Below are positions 37,801 to 51,824 of a DNA stretch of 64,000 nucleotides, piece after piece (position 1 is the stretch's first letter; every line of letters begins with the position of its first letter). The stretch spans positions 7,440,001-7,504,000 of the forward strand of contig NC_090353.1 in the NCBI RefSeq assembly GCF_035084215.1, written 5' to 3'. The stretch is from Heptranchias perlo. Taxonomy: Eukaryota. The notes below the pieces were generated by a model that was given only the letters and a program-made list of their open reading frames with translations, ran no database searches and was not told where the DNA came from. A program made the translations under genes and the position numbers.

Positions 37801-40800
37801 ACTACTGTTGCCTGTCCCTTAGCCAATTCTGTATCCATGTTGCTACTGCCCCCTTTATTCCATGGGCCACAATCTTGACAAGCCTACCATGAGGCACTTT
37901 ATCAAATGCCTTTTGAATGTCCATATCACTACATCAACTGCACTACCCTCATCAAAAAACTATCAAGTTAGTTACACATGATTTGCCTTTAACAAATCTG
38001 TGCTGGCTTTCCCTAATTAATCCACACTCATCCAAGTGGCTTAATTCTGTCCTGGATTATTGTTTCTAAACAATAGAAATATGGGTATGCTACAGTCCCA
38101 TGGCACAATTTGCCTATTTAAGGAAAATTATGGTTAGGTTCAGCTATCTCCTGATATCCTTGAGAAGAATGAGAGGCGATCTCATTGAAAACATATGAAA
38201 TTCTTAGAGGGCTCGACATGGTAGAGGCTGTTTCCCCTGGCTGGTGAGCCTAGAACTAGGAGGCATAGCCACTGTTCCCTCTAAGCTGTGTGAGTGGGCG
38301 GCTGCACAGCAGTTTATTATGTGCTGTGCATGTCATCGTCCTGTCCACGCACCAAACCAGTGCTCTCTGGTGGAGATGCTGCTGAGGTGACATCAGCTAC
38401 CAATTACTTTGCAGCAAGGGTGAGAGTTAGTTTGGTTGGATGGGAGTGTTGTACTGCAGATGTCCACATCTAGTGCAGGTCAGTGGTCCAGCTGCTCAGA
38501 GACCAGTCTCCACAAATACTGTCCAATGGATAGAGATAATTTCAATCAGAAAACTTCATGAGGATTCAGTGAGGAGATGCAGTTAATTAAAATGTAAGCT
38601 TTTCATCTAGTGCAAATTGCAGAGAACTTACTTTAGCCTAAAGAAACATATTTAAGGCACTGGTAGCAAATAACATTTTAGGGAGTCTATGATTAGTGCA
38701 ATTAGCAGTTTTTGTCACCATACTATTAAACATGTAGTTTACTTCAGAAGCTAAAATGAACCCAAGTTACCTGGCATATTGTAATAATTGTTTATCAATT
38801 TCCATATTTCACTTACAAATTAAGTAATTCAGACAGGTAATACTGTTAAAGATTCTTCTACAATTGAGCTAAAGTATACTTTACAATTACATTAGTACAT
38901 TGTAAATCAAAACAATTAAGTTAATTTAAATTGTTTTATACAACTGCTATCCAAAAGCCCTCAGTTGCCGCAAGGATTGTCTCTATCCATTGCCTCCCTC
39001 AGTTCAGGTTCTTCATGAACCAACTGCTCCCTGCCTTACATAGAGGCAGCCAAAACTAATGTACAAGATGTACAATTGTAATGCAATCATTTTTTAAACC
39101 CTGCTGAGGATTCAATAGGGAGGGGGGCTTTAATTAAACTGTTCCCTATCCCCAAATTCACACTGATTTGACAGCTGTTTTGTATTTGACTCAACTTAAA
39201 AATTCTGATTGATTCAAACAGAAATAAATCATGTGCAGAGTCATTAAGCTGATCAGAATCATTACCATCAGATAATATTTTAATAAAATGAGATTGGTCT
39301 GCTCAATCCTAGTGCAATTTAAAGAAATCCATTTCATACATTTCAGCCAACATTAAATTGTTCAATTATCCATTATTTTGTACATTTGTTCTGTTATATA
39401 CCCTGAATAATGTTTTCTAAAAGTTTGGGATTTTTTTTTAAATGGTGGCACATCCCCCACCACCCAGTTCCAGGCCCTCATCCTTTTTAAAAAGCTGAAC
39501 CCACTATGTTGTGGTTACTATTTTCCTTATTCTCCTACTCAGCTGTCTGCTTCACTTCATTTCCTAGAATTAAGTTGGAAGGAGGAATGATCTAGGAATG
39601 TGTTTTGGATGCATTCTACTTTTATCCCAGTCCACCTCAGGTAAGTTAAATTCACCCATTATTGCCCTGTTCTGTATATCCCCACTTCACTATCTGGTGG
39701 CCTATGATGCACATCGAGTGTTGTGCCATTTTCCCTTCCATTCCTCAACTCCATCCATATGGATTGTGGCTTAATGCAGTCCTATAAATAGGATTATATT
39801 CCCACACTGCTAATACTCCCAACATGCCCTGCTCATGCCTCTCCCACAAGGTGCTCCTGAAAAGGTTGGAACCAGGAATTGAAACCAATGGAGGTGAAAA
39901 CCAAACAGTTTTTACACTGAGCAGCCAATCTGCAATGCCAGCTTTGCACCTGGCAGCAAGTTGAACATCTGCCCTAGGTTGTCAACTTCTATCTCCATGT
40001 TCACAACCTGAAAGGAGGGACTTTGACAAACAACCCCTGCCAAGTGTCTGGGACCAGGGACCTCAACACAATGATTGCTGTTTAGAATTCTAACAAGGAC
40101 TAAATATAGACCATGACAAGCTATTTCACCTTGTCCAGAACAGTACAACCAGAGGGCACAGCCTGCACCTTTAAGGGGCAGGGAATTCAAAATTAATCTG
40201 CTGAAATATCTGAGTGAGTGGCCAATCTATAGAACAGGCTCCCTAGGGAGACACTGGAAGTAATTAGTGTCAATTGCAAATGAGATTTATTTCAGAACAC
40301 ATTTTGGGATACAGTACATGTGTAATTTGAGACCTGACATGTGGAGAGTGTAACAGGCTTGGGAGGAAAAAGGTGACTTTGGACCTATGGTTCCCAAAGC
40401 TCTCCACCACTGGTGTTTTCCTCAGACATTTCTGGCTCTGCTGTAGACCAATTGATTGCTACGATTAGTCAGCAACTCCATTATTGTATCATGTGACTAC
40501 CAAGATGGCAGGAGGTGAACTAGATGGACCTTGGTCTTTCTCACTTAATTCCCTTGTTCCTATGAAGTATTTAATCAATTGCTGAGACAAGCTAACCAAT
40601 TGTTCACTGTTTCTATAGTTAGAGGAATCAAAACTGAAACCATTAGTATTTTAATCACCTTCCATCTCCACTTTGTTTTAAAACCAAACCCTTAATTGTA
40701 ACTTCTCCCACCACCCTAAATCCATTTGTGGAAAAAAAAGTGGATACAATCCTAATGTGACATAGGCTATTTTAAACTACTGATTGTAATTCTTTGCAAC

Positions 40801-43800
40801 ATTAAGTATTTCTTAAAGAAAATCTCCTGCATAATACAACCAGATGGCTGCAACTTGGATAAATACACTTCCCAGTCACAACTGTAGACAACAGGATTAA
40901 CATCCAGGACTGAGTCATAGAACAGTGAGTCAGTGAAGCTTGGACTAAGTCAGATAGAGACACACCTGGTCAGATTGCTGTTGTTGGTCTCCAGGTAGAC
41001 GGTGACCTGTCCAACCTCAATTCCTTTAACTGTGAAAGACTTTAAGCTTACAGACTTGGGCAGCATGATCTGAGAATGAGAAATTCTAAGTTAGTCTTCT
41101 ACATTTAAAAAGGGCAGGGGTCAAGGGAGGAATATAGTCAGTGCCAGTGAGGAGAGAGTAGAGTGCAGTTAATCTGAAAGTGTGCAGCTAGACTAACATA
41201 CGAGTTTAATGGAGTCTCTAATAAGACTGTTCACACAATGTCTAACAGAAGTGTTTAATTCAATGCTTGTCCCAAATTTGCATCACAAGGGCTGTACAAA
41301 GCCCAAGGCCTCACAGTTGAGCTCTTCATTCCAACCACAAGCCAAGTCAGTTTATAGTCAAGTCGTTAGAATAAAGTCTCAAAAGGAACACTGTCCAGAA
41401 GGAGGGTCCATTTATGTAGCACCTTTAATGTAAAACATTAAAAGATGCAACACAAAAGGCATAAAAATCAGAAATAAAATGGACATTAAGGCAACAAAGG
41501 GAGAGAGGTGGATTTTACAATGGTAAGGCAAAGGGAATTGGAAGGAGGATGTAGGGCTGGAGGATGTTAGAGATCAGGAGGTGCAAATCCACAAAAGGAA
41601 TTTAAACTTACAATTTTAAAATTGAATGCATTATGATCAGCAAGGACAGGAGTGATGGGTGAGTAGGACTTGATGCAGGAAAGGATATTGGCAGCAGCGT
41701 TTTGATGAGCTGAAGTATATGGAGCATGTAAGATGGGAGGGAATTAGAATAGCAGAGTCTGTAGGTCACTAAGACATTGATGCAGGTTCCAGCAGATAGG
41801 TTAAGGTAGAAGTAGGCAGTCTGTGATGGAAAGGATTGTGGGGCCAGAAGCTAATCTCAGGGTCAAACAGAATGCCAAGCATGCAAACAGTCTGGTTCAA
41901 CTGACAGTGGCTGGGGAGGATGGAATCAGTGACAAAGGTATAGAGATATTGGTAGGGGCCAAAGACAATGGCTTTGGTCTTCCTGATGTTTAACTGGAGA
42001 AAATTATGGCTCATCTAAGACTACATCAGCCAAGCAGCCTAATAAGAGGCAGAGAGGAGTTGAAAGAGGTAGAGCTGGGTGATGTCAGCATACTTGTGGA
42101 AGCTGACCCCATGCCCAAGGATGATGCAAAGGGCAGCAGGTTAATGCCACATTGGAGAAGGCCAGTTTAAAATTACACTGGCACAAACCATCCCAATAGT
42201 GTAGGAAAGTGTTTTTAATAAGTCCAGTAGGGAAGGTGAGCAACAGGGCAAACTTGTGATGGAGCAGATGTAGCAAGGGGAGGAAAATTCTGCTTAGGAT
42301 TCAGAACAGAGTCCTCACCAACAGAAGAGATTTCTCCCCTGTGTGCAAACAAAATGGACTACAGCTTATGACTGAAAAGGAACTGACCTTTGAAAACAAA
42401 TAAAACCCGACAGCAGTGAAAGGGACAGACCATGTGATCAATATAGCTGCACAAAGCCAAACTCTTCCAAGGATTGTTTTCTCTGAATGAGGAAGAATCC
42501 CAGGCATTGTGCTGGCTGCCAAAGCCCTGGGAAATGAATTTCCTCAGCAGTTCTCCTGCTCTGCCACTATAGCTCCACCAGAGACCCTGTTAACATGTAT
42601 GTGGGGTTTCCCACCAAAGTCCAAGCCACAACAGTGGAGCAGGAGAAGCCCAGAGGAAAATTACCCCCATGGTATTCAGACCTCCTGGAAGGAAGCACTG
42701 ACCAGCCCCAAGGAACTCCTTTCATAGCTGAAGGGCTGGGGGAGGGAAAGGCTGTGAGAAGAGCTGAGGGAGGAGAATATCTGGGCAAATACAGAAACAT
42801 GCCATTAGGCCAGTCAAGTCCATGCCAGCTTTCTGCAAGAGCAATCCAGCTAGTCCTACCCCCCTGACCTATCCGATTCAATAGTAACTGATAAGGGAAT
42901 TGGATCTGGGTCAACATCCTGGAACTTCCTTCCTAACAGCACTGTGGGAGAACCTTCACCACACGGACTGCAGTGGTTCAAGAAGGTGGTTCAAGAAGGT
43001 GGCTCACCACCACCTTCAAGGGCAATAAATGCTGGCTTCACCAGTAATGCCCACATCCCATGAATGAATAAAACAAATTTGAAGGGAAAAAATTCACAGG
43101 GCTATGGGGAAAGAGCAGAGAAATGGGACTAATTGGATAGCTTTCAAAAGAGCCAGTAGAGGCATGATGGGCTGAATGGCCTCCTCCTGTGCTGTACTTA
43201 TGATGAAATTCCACATGGATAAATCTCTTCCACTAATACACTAAACAGTCTCATGATATATCCCATCAATCATTACTAAATTACAAAAAGTCCTTCTGGG
43301 CCAGGCCTCCAAGTTTATTAGAAGTGTATCTGCAGTCCACCCATCTCTGACTGGAAATGGGCAGCAACCAGTGGACCCAGATTCATAGAAGGAACACCAG
43401 TCAGACAGACTTGGATGGGATCTGAATCCTATGGTCCTAAAGCTCTGACCCATTTGAAAAAGCTTCAATTGTTAAACATGAAAAGGTTTGGCTCCAACAT
43501 TCTCAGAATGAAGTTTCCTACATCAGAATTCCACCACCCTGTCTGTGGCTCTGGTAGTTTATACAGGTCTGAAAAATGTGTTACTTACTTGCTCAGGGAG
43601 TTGAACAATACAAGTTGGTTTGGATGAGAAGGTCACATTGAATGTAATCACTACAGTCTCCTGCAGGGGTGCACTGGGAGAAAAAACAGAAATCAAACTA
43701 TTGCCTTCTATCAAGAATGACTCAGTTACCAGAAGTACACTAGATGCTAGCCACTTCTACCACGTGCAGGAACGAACAGTGGCCATTATTTTTACAATGC

Positions 43801-46800
43801 CTAATCTAAGCCACTTAATCCCAGGTCTCCTTGGCTTTGATTAGCCAAGTGCCACCTCACAACAGGACCTACCTCAGAGCAATTCTGATCTTCTGAATGC
43901 TGTGGACTCCCAGGCTAACAACTTCTGGCACCATCAGTGACTCATAGGCTTCTGAAAAACACAGCAAGTGAGTATTCTGCCCACTCTAGTGTGGGATTGC
44001 AAGTGCACACAAATGTAAAACCTGAGCTTATATTTAAAAATGTATCATAGGAACAGGAGTAGGCCATTCACCCCCTCGAGCCTGTGCCACCATTCAATTA
44101 GATCATGGCTGATCTGTATCTCAAATCCATTTACCTGCCTTCTTTCCATTTCTAAAAAAAGTCTTAGTCTTGAAAATTTCTGTTGACCCAGGAACCACAG
44201 CCGTTTGACAGAGAGTTCCAGTTTTCTATTACCTTTCAGTGTTGAGAAGTTGGGTTCAAATCTAGCCCAAGTTGATGGGATAGAGTCCCCTCTGTCTGTG
44301 GGGGTCCTATGAGTGGAGTTTGGGCAATCTTAATCCAGTTTGTAGTGGGAATTAGCTTTACTATTAATTGGTTAAATTAGACAGGTCAAAGGATGGAAAT
44401 GGGGAAGGACAGAAGCAAGTTATTGAAGAGTAGGAGGTGTTTTAATAAACCTCTCTAATCACAGCTGCAACACCATCTGCTGACGTGGTGAAAACTTGTT
44501 AAGAAAAGGTAAAAATGAAATAACCCTCAACTTCTTGCTTTATCATGGATCCGTGATTTATAAATCTTCCAATCGCTAGCTTCCAAGCATTCAAGCCATT
44601 TGTGAACATATGAAAATTGACAGACTGGAGAAAAATCTGCTGGTCCATCAAGCCTGCCCCACAGAACTAACACAAGCATTTGAGTAGGCATCCATTCCCA
44701 GTCAATCTCCTGTGAGAGAGGCAAACACAAACCCAAGGCCAATCAGGGAGAAAAAACATCTTGGAAATTCCTCTCCAATCCCCTTAGGCGATTCAAACTA
44801 ATTCAGATCACATTGTGTATAGCACCCAATATTTTACCAACTTTTTAAAATGAGACATCATCATCATCATCTTCCCAATCAGGAACTGGTCCAACACTCA
44901 CTATATGAGCCGGTAACTTGTTCAATAGGTCTATTATCCTCTGGGATAGAAGAGCCATCTAACATATATTCTAGCCCTACTCTTACACAGCTTATCACAT
45001 GATCTCTGGTCATCCCCAACCTATCTAGTTGAAATAGCCTCAAGGGGAACATAATCAAGCTCTTGAACAATTTTGTATACGACCATTAAATCAATATTTC
45101 AGTCTTCTGTACGGTTGACAATGTCCACACTTTGATGCTTAATTCAAATAATTAAACAATTTAAAATGATAATGCAAATCAGAAGTAGATTAGAATTTTT
45201 CAAATTTGTAAAAAAAAAATTAGTTTTTGGTATTTCTGCAGTTTATGCTCCATTTGCACCCTTGTCTTTAAAGGTCAGCCTCCTGAGCATTTGTTTATAT
45301 TTCAATTATTAGATTGAAAGACAAAACTGTTCCATCTTATCCAGAACTGTAAAACCAGAGGACACGGTCTGCTCTTGAAAAGGGGCAAATTCAAAACTAA
45401 TCTGCGGAATCATTATTTCAATGAGCGAGTGGTCAATCTAGGGAACAGACTCTCTAGGGAAATGCTGGAAGCAGTTAGTGTTGATTCATTCTCATTGAGC
45501 GGGAGTTGTCTGTTCAGCCCCAAGCCTGTTCCACCATTCAATTAGATCATGGTTGATCTGTATTTTCACTCCATTTGCCCACCTTGGTTCCCTAACCCTT
45601 GCCTAACAAAAATCCATCAATCTCAGTTTTGAAATTGTCAATTGACCCCCAGCCTCAGCTTTCTGGAGGAAGTGTACCAGATTTCCACTACCCTTTTCTG
45701 ACATCACCCCTGAACAGCCTGGCTCTAAATAAGATTATGCCCCCTTGTTCTGGACTCTCCACTAGAGGAAATAGTTTCCCCTCTACCTACCCTATCAAAT
45801 CTTTTAATCATCTTAAGCACCTCACATTAGATCATCCCTTAATCTTCTATACTCAAAGGGAATACAAGCCTAGTCTATGCAACCTGTCATATTTAACCCC
45901 AGTATCATTCTGCTGAATCTGTGCTGCACCCCCTCCAAAGACCAATATATCCTTCCCGAGGAGCCCAAAACCTAATAGTACTCCAGGTGGGGTCTAACCA
46001 GAGCTTTCTACAACATAACTTCCACCCCTTGATAAAACCTAACATTCCATTAGCCTTTTAAATTATTTTTTGTACCTGTTCACTAGCTTCGAGTGATTTC
46101 TGTACAGGGACCCCTATGGATCACTGCTCCGCCACAATTCCTAGCTTCTCACCATTTGGAAAAACATTCTTAGGAGCAACAGGTTTTTAAAAAAAATTAG
46201 CTCATGGGATGTGGGCGTCGCTGGCGAGGCCGGCATTTATTGCCCATCCCTAATTGCCTTCGAGAAGGTGGTGGTGAGCCGCCTTCTTGAACCGCTGCAG
46301 TCCGTGTGGTGAAGGTTCTCCCACAGTGCTGTTAGGAAGGGAGTTTCAGGATTTTAACCCAGCGACGATGAAGGAATGGCGATATATTTCCAAGTCGGGA
46401 TGGTGTGTGACTTGGAGGGGAACGTGCAGGTGGTGTTGTTCCCATGTGCCTGCTGCTCTTGTCCTTCTAAGTGGTAGAGGTCGCGGGTTTGGGAGGTGCT
46501 GTTGAAGAAGCCTCGGCGAGTTGCTGCAGTGCATCCTGTGGATGGTACACACTGCAGCCACTGTGCGCCAGTGGTGAAGGGAGTGAATGTTTAGGGTGGT
46601 GGATGAGGTGCCAATCAAGCGGGCTGCTTTATCTTGGATGGTGTCGAGCTTAGAGTGTTGTTGGAGCAGCACTCATCCAAGCAAGTGGAGAGTATTCCAT
46701 CACACTCCTGATTTGTAGATGGTGGAAAGGCTTTGGGGAGTCAGGAGGTGAGTCACTCACTACAGAATACCCAGCCTCTGACCTGCTCTCGTAGCCACAG

Positions 46801-47807
46801 TATTTATATGGCTGGTCCAGTTACGTTTCTGGTCAATGGTGACCCCCAGGATGTTGATGGTGGGGGAATTCAGCGATGGTAATGCTGTTGAATGTCAAGG
46901 GGAGGTGGTTAGATTCTCTCTTGTTGGAGACGGTCATTGTCTGGCACGAATGTTACTTGCCACTTATGAGCGAAAGCCTGGATGTTGTCCAGGCCTTGCT
47001 GCATGTGGGCTCAGACTGCTTCATTATTTGAGGAGTTGCGAATGGAACTGAACACTCTGCAATCAGCAGCGAACATCCCCATAGGTGACTTTAGACCTAT
47101 GGTTCCCAAACTCTCCCACCATTGGGGGTTTTCCCCTCACCTCATGTCTGGGTCTGTTGTACACTAATGAGAGATTAATAGCCATGATTAGTCAACAGCA
47201 TCATCATTGTATTATGTGGCTACCAGATAGATGGTAAACTGAATCGTCTTTCATCTAGCAATTCATACATTCCTAACTGGTGCTCAATTGCTCCTCGAAA
47301 AACCCTCCTTGTTCCAGTAGTTCACAACTTCCTGCCTTAATATCAGATTCCCATAGTTCCATAAGTCAGAGGCTTCCTTCAGAGCCAATACCAACCCCCA
47401 CTACCAAGTTTGCTTTGGGTGGATGGGTTGTAGGAAGTGGTTCAAGTCACACTTCTGTAATGCTATGAAGTTCCCATTTATTCCACAGACCACACTAACT
47501 GTGCAAAGCTAAACTTGGTGCAAGCAAATGCTATACACAGCTTCACAGTGAACACCATCACTGACCACTTTCAGCAAAGGCAAGTCCAATATTTAAAAAG
47601 GGAGATACAATGCTGTAATATTTCGATCGGTGCTGATGCAGCAAAGGAAGTGTTCAATGTTGAGGAAATTGAACAAAGGATGATCACTTGGTTAACTTTC
47701 ACATCCATGTTGCCTTCATTACCCATTTTCTTCCCCATGAACTTACCACATTGCAGGGAGATGATCAGATTGTAAATGAGAACCAAGAGGAACACAGCAA
47801 GCTTCAT
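28860..47807 (-). CDS. CTNS: Cystinosin, lysosomal cystine/H+ symporter (PQ-loop family); 10 coding exons, 376 aa
   Basis: Coding exons 47807-47747 (61 nt, [20 protein letters not shown]), 43951-43873 (79), 43673-43589 (85), 41069-40966 (104), 36095-35958 (138), 34357-34258 (100), 32653-32534 (120), 31645-31475 (171), 30086-29969 (118), 29014-28860 (155). Sizes match the human CTNS series 61/79/85/104/132/100/120/171/118 except one +6 nt exon. Motifs [68 protein letters not shown]. Confidence 0.97.
30988..31382 (-). mobile_element. Near full-length tRNA-derived DeuSINE (SacSINE1/AmnSINE1-like) in a CTNS intron
   Basis: Minus strand begins gtgacagctgtggttcagtggg..tgggttcaagtctccactcc (A/B-box-like), then a Deu-domain-like gatgagatgttaaac..gtggatgaaacagtgccatgg and tail aaaggtgctatataaatgaaag. 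Partial copies at ~130-345, ~5900-6036, ~22410-22565, ~24960-25030 and 61119-61276. Confidence 0.75.
36915..38070 (-). mobile_element. CR1 LINE 3' fragment in a CTNS intron
   Basis: Near-identical to 11850-12900; [19 protein letters not shown]. Shorter related tails at ~33190-33530 and ~34400-34600. Confidence 0.85.
46190..47085 (-). mobile_element. Family-B non-LTR retrotransposon 3' part
   Basis: [44 protein letters not shown]; reverse match to 50950-51815. Confidence 0.85.
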
Positions 47808-49899
47808 ATCTCCAGTTTTAGACCTGCAGAAGAAAAACACCAAGAGTAAAACTAGTTTCCCCAAACTAAACCAAATCAGTTAGAAGAGATGGTAATACAC
47901 TGGGGGTTAAGAGACACCAAGTGGCCAATCAGGATAGGTTCGACCCCCAACTGAAATCTACAGTTAAGATGGCAGCATAGAGATGATTCAGCATTTCAGT
48001 TCAACGCACCTGGTCACATAACACCAGAGCCTTGAAATATGGCTTGTCATTTGAGCTACAAAAATACACATCAGGTTTATTCAATATCCAGGGAGCTTGA
48101 ACTAAAACCCATATACTAGCATTGAAATTACAGCCACGTCAGAGTGAAATTGCACATGGACCACAGTGCAGCATTTGGCCTATACACTGCAGTGAGCTCA
48201 ATTTCATAGGCAATATTTACAGTGGATACATAAACCTTTACAAGTTTTCAAGTACACACTTTGCCATGTACCCACTATCCAGAAATCATGAAGCATTCAT
48301 CTCAGTCAGGATGATGTACCTGATAGCTGTGGTGTTGGAGGAGGGTGGGAAGGGGGTGAAAATAAATGTGGAGAACAATAGCTTGGACTCTCATCTTGTT
48401 CCTTTTTTGTGGTCAGAAGGTGGGAAACACTGGAAAGGCCATATTTATTGCATTTTCCTCATAGTCCTGAGGTGGCAATGTGGGGTCTTCTCAAATTGAG
48501 ATGGTGCTCCCATAAATGGCATTAGGTAGGGAATTCTAAGACTTTGACCCACTGATCAAGGACCAGCAGTACATGTCCAAGTCAAGGCAGTGCAAGACTT
48601 GGAGCCAATGGTTTTCCCCAAGACATTGTTGCTTTGGGCTTAGAAGTCATGGGACTAGGTGGTACTGCCAAAGCAAGTTTGGCAAGTTCCTGTACATCAT
48701 ACATACTGCAACCCCAGGGCCCTGGTGGTGGGGATGGATAGAGTCCTGCTGTGTCCTGGATGGTGTTGAGCTTAGAGTTGTTGTTGTAGCTACACCCATC
48801 CAGGTGAGAATTCAGTCTCACTCCTGGTTATTGGAAAGATGGGGACACTTGATAGCTCTATTAATCACTTTGCTGATGATTACAGGGCCAATACAGTAAT
48901 TGGCCAATTAAATCCAGACATGCCTGGAGAACTGTCCAATGAGAAGTCAGGTGAATGCCAATATCATAGGTGCACTGGAACAGTTTGGCAAGTGAGGCAG
49001 CTACTGCTGTTGTACATGTCTTCAGCACTACAGCTAGGATGTAGTCAGGGCCCATAACCTTGGATGTGCCCAATATCTTAAGACCCCATTCCATTTCTAT
49101 TGATTCTAGGTAAAGGATTCAATCTCAGCTGCTTTTTGTTGAAGGTGACTGTTGGTATTTTTAAATCCAACTTGCAAATAAAACCAAGACAGAGTTCCAA
49201 TAAAGGAAGGATGCCATCATTTTGTAATTCCTTCATCAAAGTACTGAGTCACATCACTATTCAGACACAGTTCACACACCTACTAGAGATGAAAGATTAA
49301 AATGGATGCTCAGCTCCATTACAAAAACTCCCAGAAACTGATGTTCTACCAGAAAAATGAAGGCTCTTAGCAGAAGGTAAAGATGAGAATCCCACAGAAC
49401 CCAGGCATTGCTTTGTTGGGCACATTAGACTTTTGGGGCATCGTGCTTTGTTAATCTATTGGCAGCTAAAAAAAACTAACCATGAACTTAGAGGAGTCCA
49501 GGCAGATAATAGATGAGTGGCCTGGTTCATCACCAATAGCCCCCATGGACCAGGGTTTTCCAAGACCAGGTCATCTTGGTTTGTTCTGGTGATGATTGCC
49601 TTTTTAAAAAAGGGCACTGAGCAAGGCATTAACACAAGGAACTGAAGTCATAGTATTGAGTCAGTATAACTAACCAACATTAGTCAATGCAACTCAATGA
49701 AATGCCAAGCAGCCTCAAGGAAATCAAAGTTAGACCACTTAATGAGGCTGGTATAAGGAGTAAGATAAAAACCCATCCCCATTCATTGCCTGATCAACTG
49801 ATGTACTGAAGAATCACCATCATCTCCAGTATTTGAGCTGTGCCAGGGAACCACCAATAGCTCACCTTCTTTAAATTTCAAAATATACTTTATTTCATA

Positions 49900-51821
49900 G
49901 AATCAGATCAAAGCTCTGCAGTCCTGCCACATCCAGTCGTGAATGGTGGTGGACAGTTAAACAACTAACGGGAGGAGGAGGCTCTGTAAACATCCCCATC
50001 CTCAATGATGGCAGAGTCCAGCACGTGAGTGCAAAAGACAAGGCTGAAGTGTTTGCAACCATCTTCAGCCAGAAGTGCCAAGTGGATGATCCATCTCTGC
50101 CTCCTCCTGATATCCCCACCATCACTGAAGCCAGTCTTCAGCCAATTCGATTCACTCCACGTGATCAAGAAATGGCTGAGTGCACTGGATACAACAAAGG
50201 CTACGGGCCAACAGCATCCTGGCTGTAGTGCTGAAGTCTCATGCTCCAGAACTAGCCACGCCTCTAGCCAAGCTGTTCCAGTACAGCTACAACACTGGCA
50301 TCTACCCGACAATGTGGAAAATTGCCCAGGTATGTCCTGTCCACAAAAAGCAGGACAAATCCAATCCGGCCAATTACCGCCCCATCAGTCTACTCTCAAT
50401 CATCAGCAAAGTGATGAAGGTGTTGTCGACAGTGCTATCAAGCGGCACTTACTCACCAATAACCTGCTCACTGATGCTCAGTTTGGGTTCTGCCAGGATC
50501 ACTCAGCTCTAGTCCTCATTACAGCCTTGGTCCAGGCATGGATAAAAGAGCTGAATTCCAGAGGTGAGGAGAGAGTGACTGCCCTTGACATCAAGGCATC
50601 ATTTGACCGAGTGTGGCACCAAGGAGCCCTAGTAAAATTGAAGTCAATGGGAATCAGGGGGAAAACTCTAGTGGCTAGAGTCATACCTAGCACAAAGGAA
50701 GATAGTAGTGGTTGTTGGAGGCCAATCATCTCAGCTCCAGGAGTTCCTCAGGGAAGTGTCCTAGGCCCAACCACCTTCAAGGGCAATAAATGTTGGCCTC
50801 ACCAGTGACGCCCACATCCCATGAACGAATAATAAAAAAAAAGCCATCTTCAGCTGCTTCATCAATGACCTTCCCTCCAGCATAAGGTCAGAAATGGGGG
50901 ATGGTCGCTGATGATTGCAGTGTTCATTATCTGAGGGGTTGCGAATGGAACTGAAGCAGTCCATGCCTGCATGCAGCAAGACCTGGACAACATCCAGGCT
51001 TGGGCTGATAAGTGGCAAGTAACATGCAGGCCAAACAAGTGCCAGGCAATGACCATCTCCAACAAGAGTCTAACCACCTCCAGTACAATTTAACCAAAAC
51101 ACTACAGATCATACTCAAAGCATTACCATTGCCGAATCCCCCAACATCAACATCCTGGGGGTCACCATTGACCAGAAAAATAACTGGACTAGCCACAAAT
51201 ACTGTGGCTACAAGAGCAGGTCAGAGGCTGGGTATTCTGCAGCAAGTGACTCAGCTCCTGACTCCCAAAGCCTTTCCACCATCTACAAGGCACAAGTCAG
51301 GAGTGTGATGGAATACTCTCCACTTGTCTGGATGAGTGCAGCTCCAACAACACTCAAGAAGCTCGACACCATCCAGGACAAAGCAGCCCGCTTGATTGGC
51401 ACCTCATCCATCACCCTAAACATTCACTCCCTTCACACCAGCACACTGTGGCTGCAGTGTGTACCATCCACAGGATGCACTGCAGCAACTCGCCAAGGCT
51501 TCTTCGACAGCACCTTTCAAACCCGCGACCTCTACCACCTAGAAGGACAAGAGCAGCAGGTACATGGGAACACCACCACTTGGACGTTCCCCTCCAAGTC
51601 ACACACCATCCAGACTTGGAAATATATCGCCGTTCCTTCATTGTCACTGGGTCAAAATCCTGGAACTCCCTTCTAACAGCACTGTGGGAGAACAGTCAGC
51701 ACGCAGACTGCAGTGGTTCAAGGCAGCGGCTCACCATCACTTTCTCAAGGGCAATTAGGGATGGGCAATAAATGCTGGCCTCACCAGCGAAACCCACATC
51801 CCATGAACGAATAAAAAAAAT
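49900..51821 (+). mobile_element. Family-B non-LTR retrotransposon, ~1.9 kb 5'-truncated RT copy with poly(A) tail
   Basis: SAKDKAEVFATIFSQKC, NYRPISLLSIISKVM, ALDIKASFDRVWH, GVPQGSVLGP, MEYSPLVWMSAA; ends catgaacgaataaaaaaaa; frameshifted. Confidence 0.88.
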
Positions 51822-51824
51822 TAA

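Noticed and set aside
38268-38330. hAT-like terminal sequence cactgttccctctaagctg
   Set aside because: No matching opposite TIR or TSD was found, so an element cannot be delimited.
50029-50808. Longest ORF (259 aa) as a host gene or active reverse transcriptase
   Set aside because: Frameshifted LINE RT fragment that drifts between frames; not intact.
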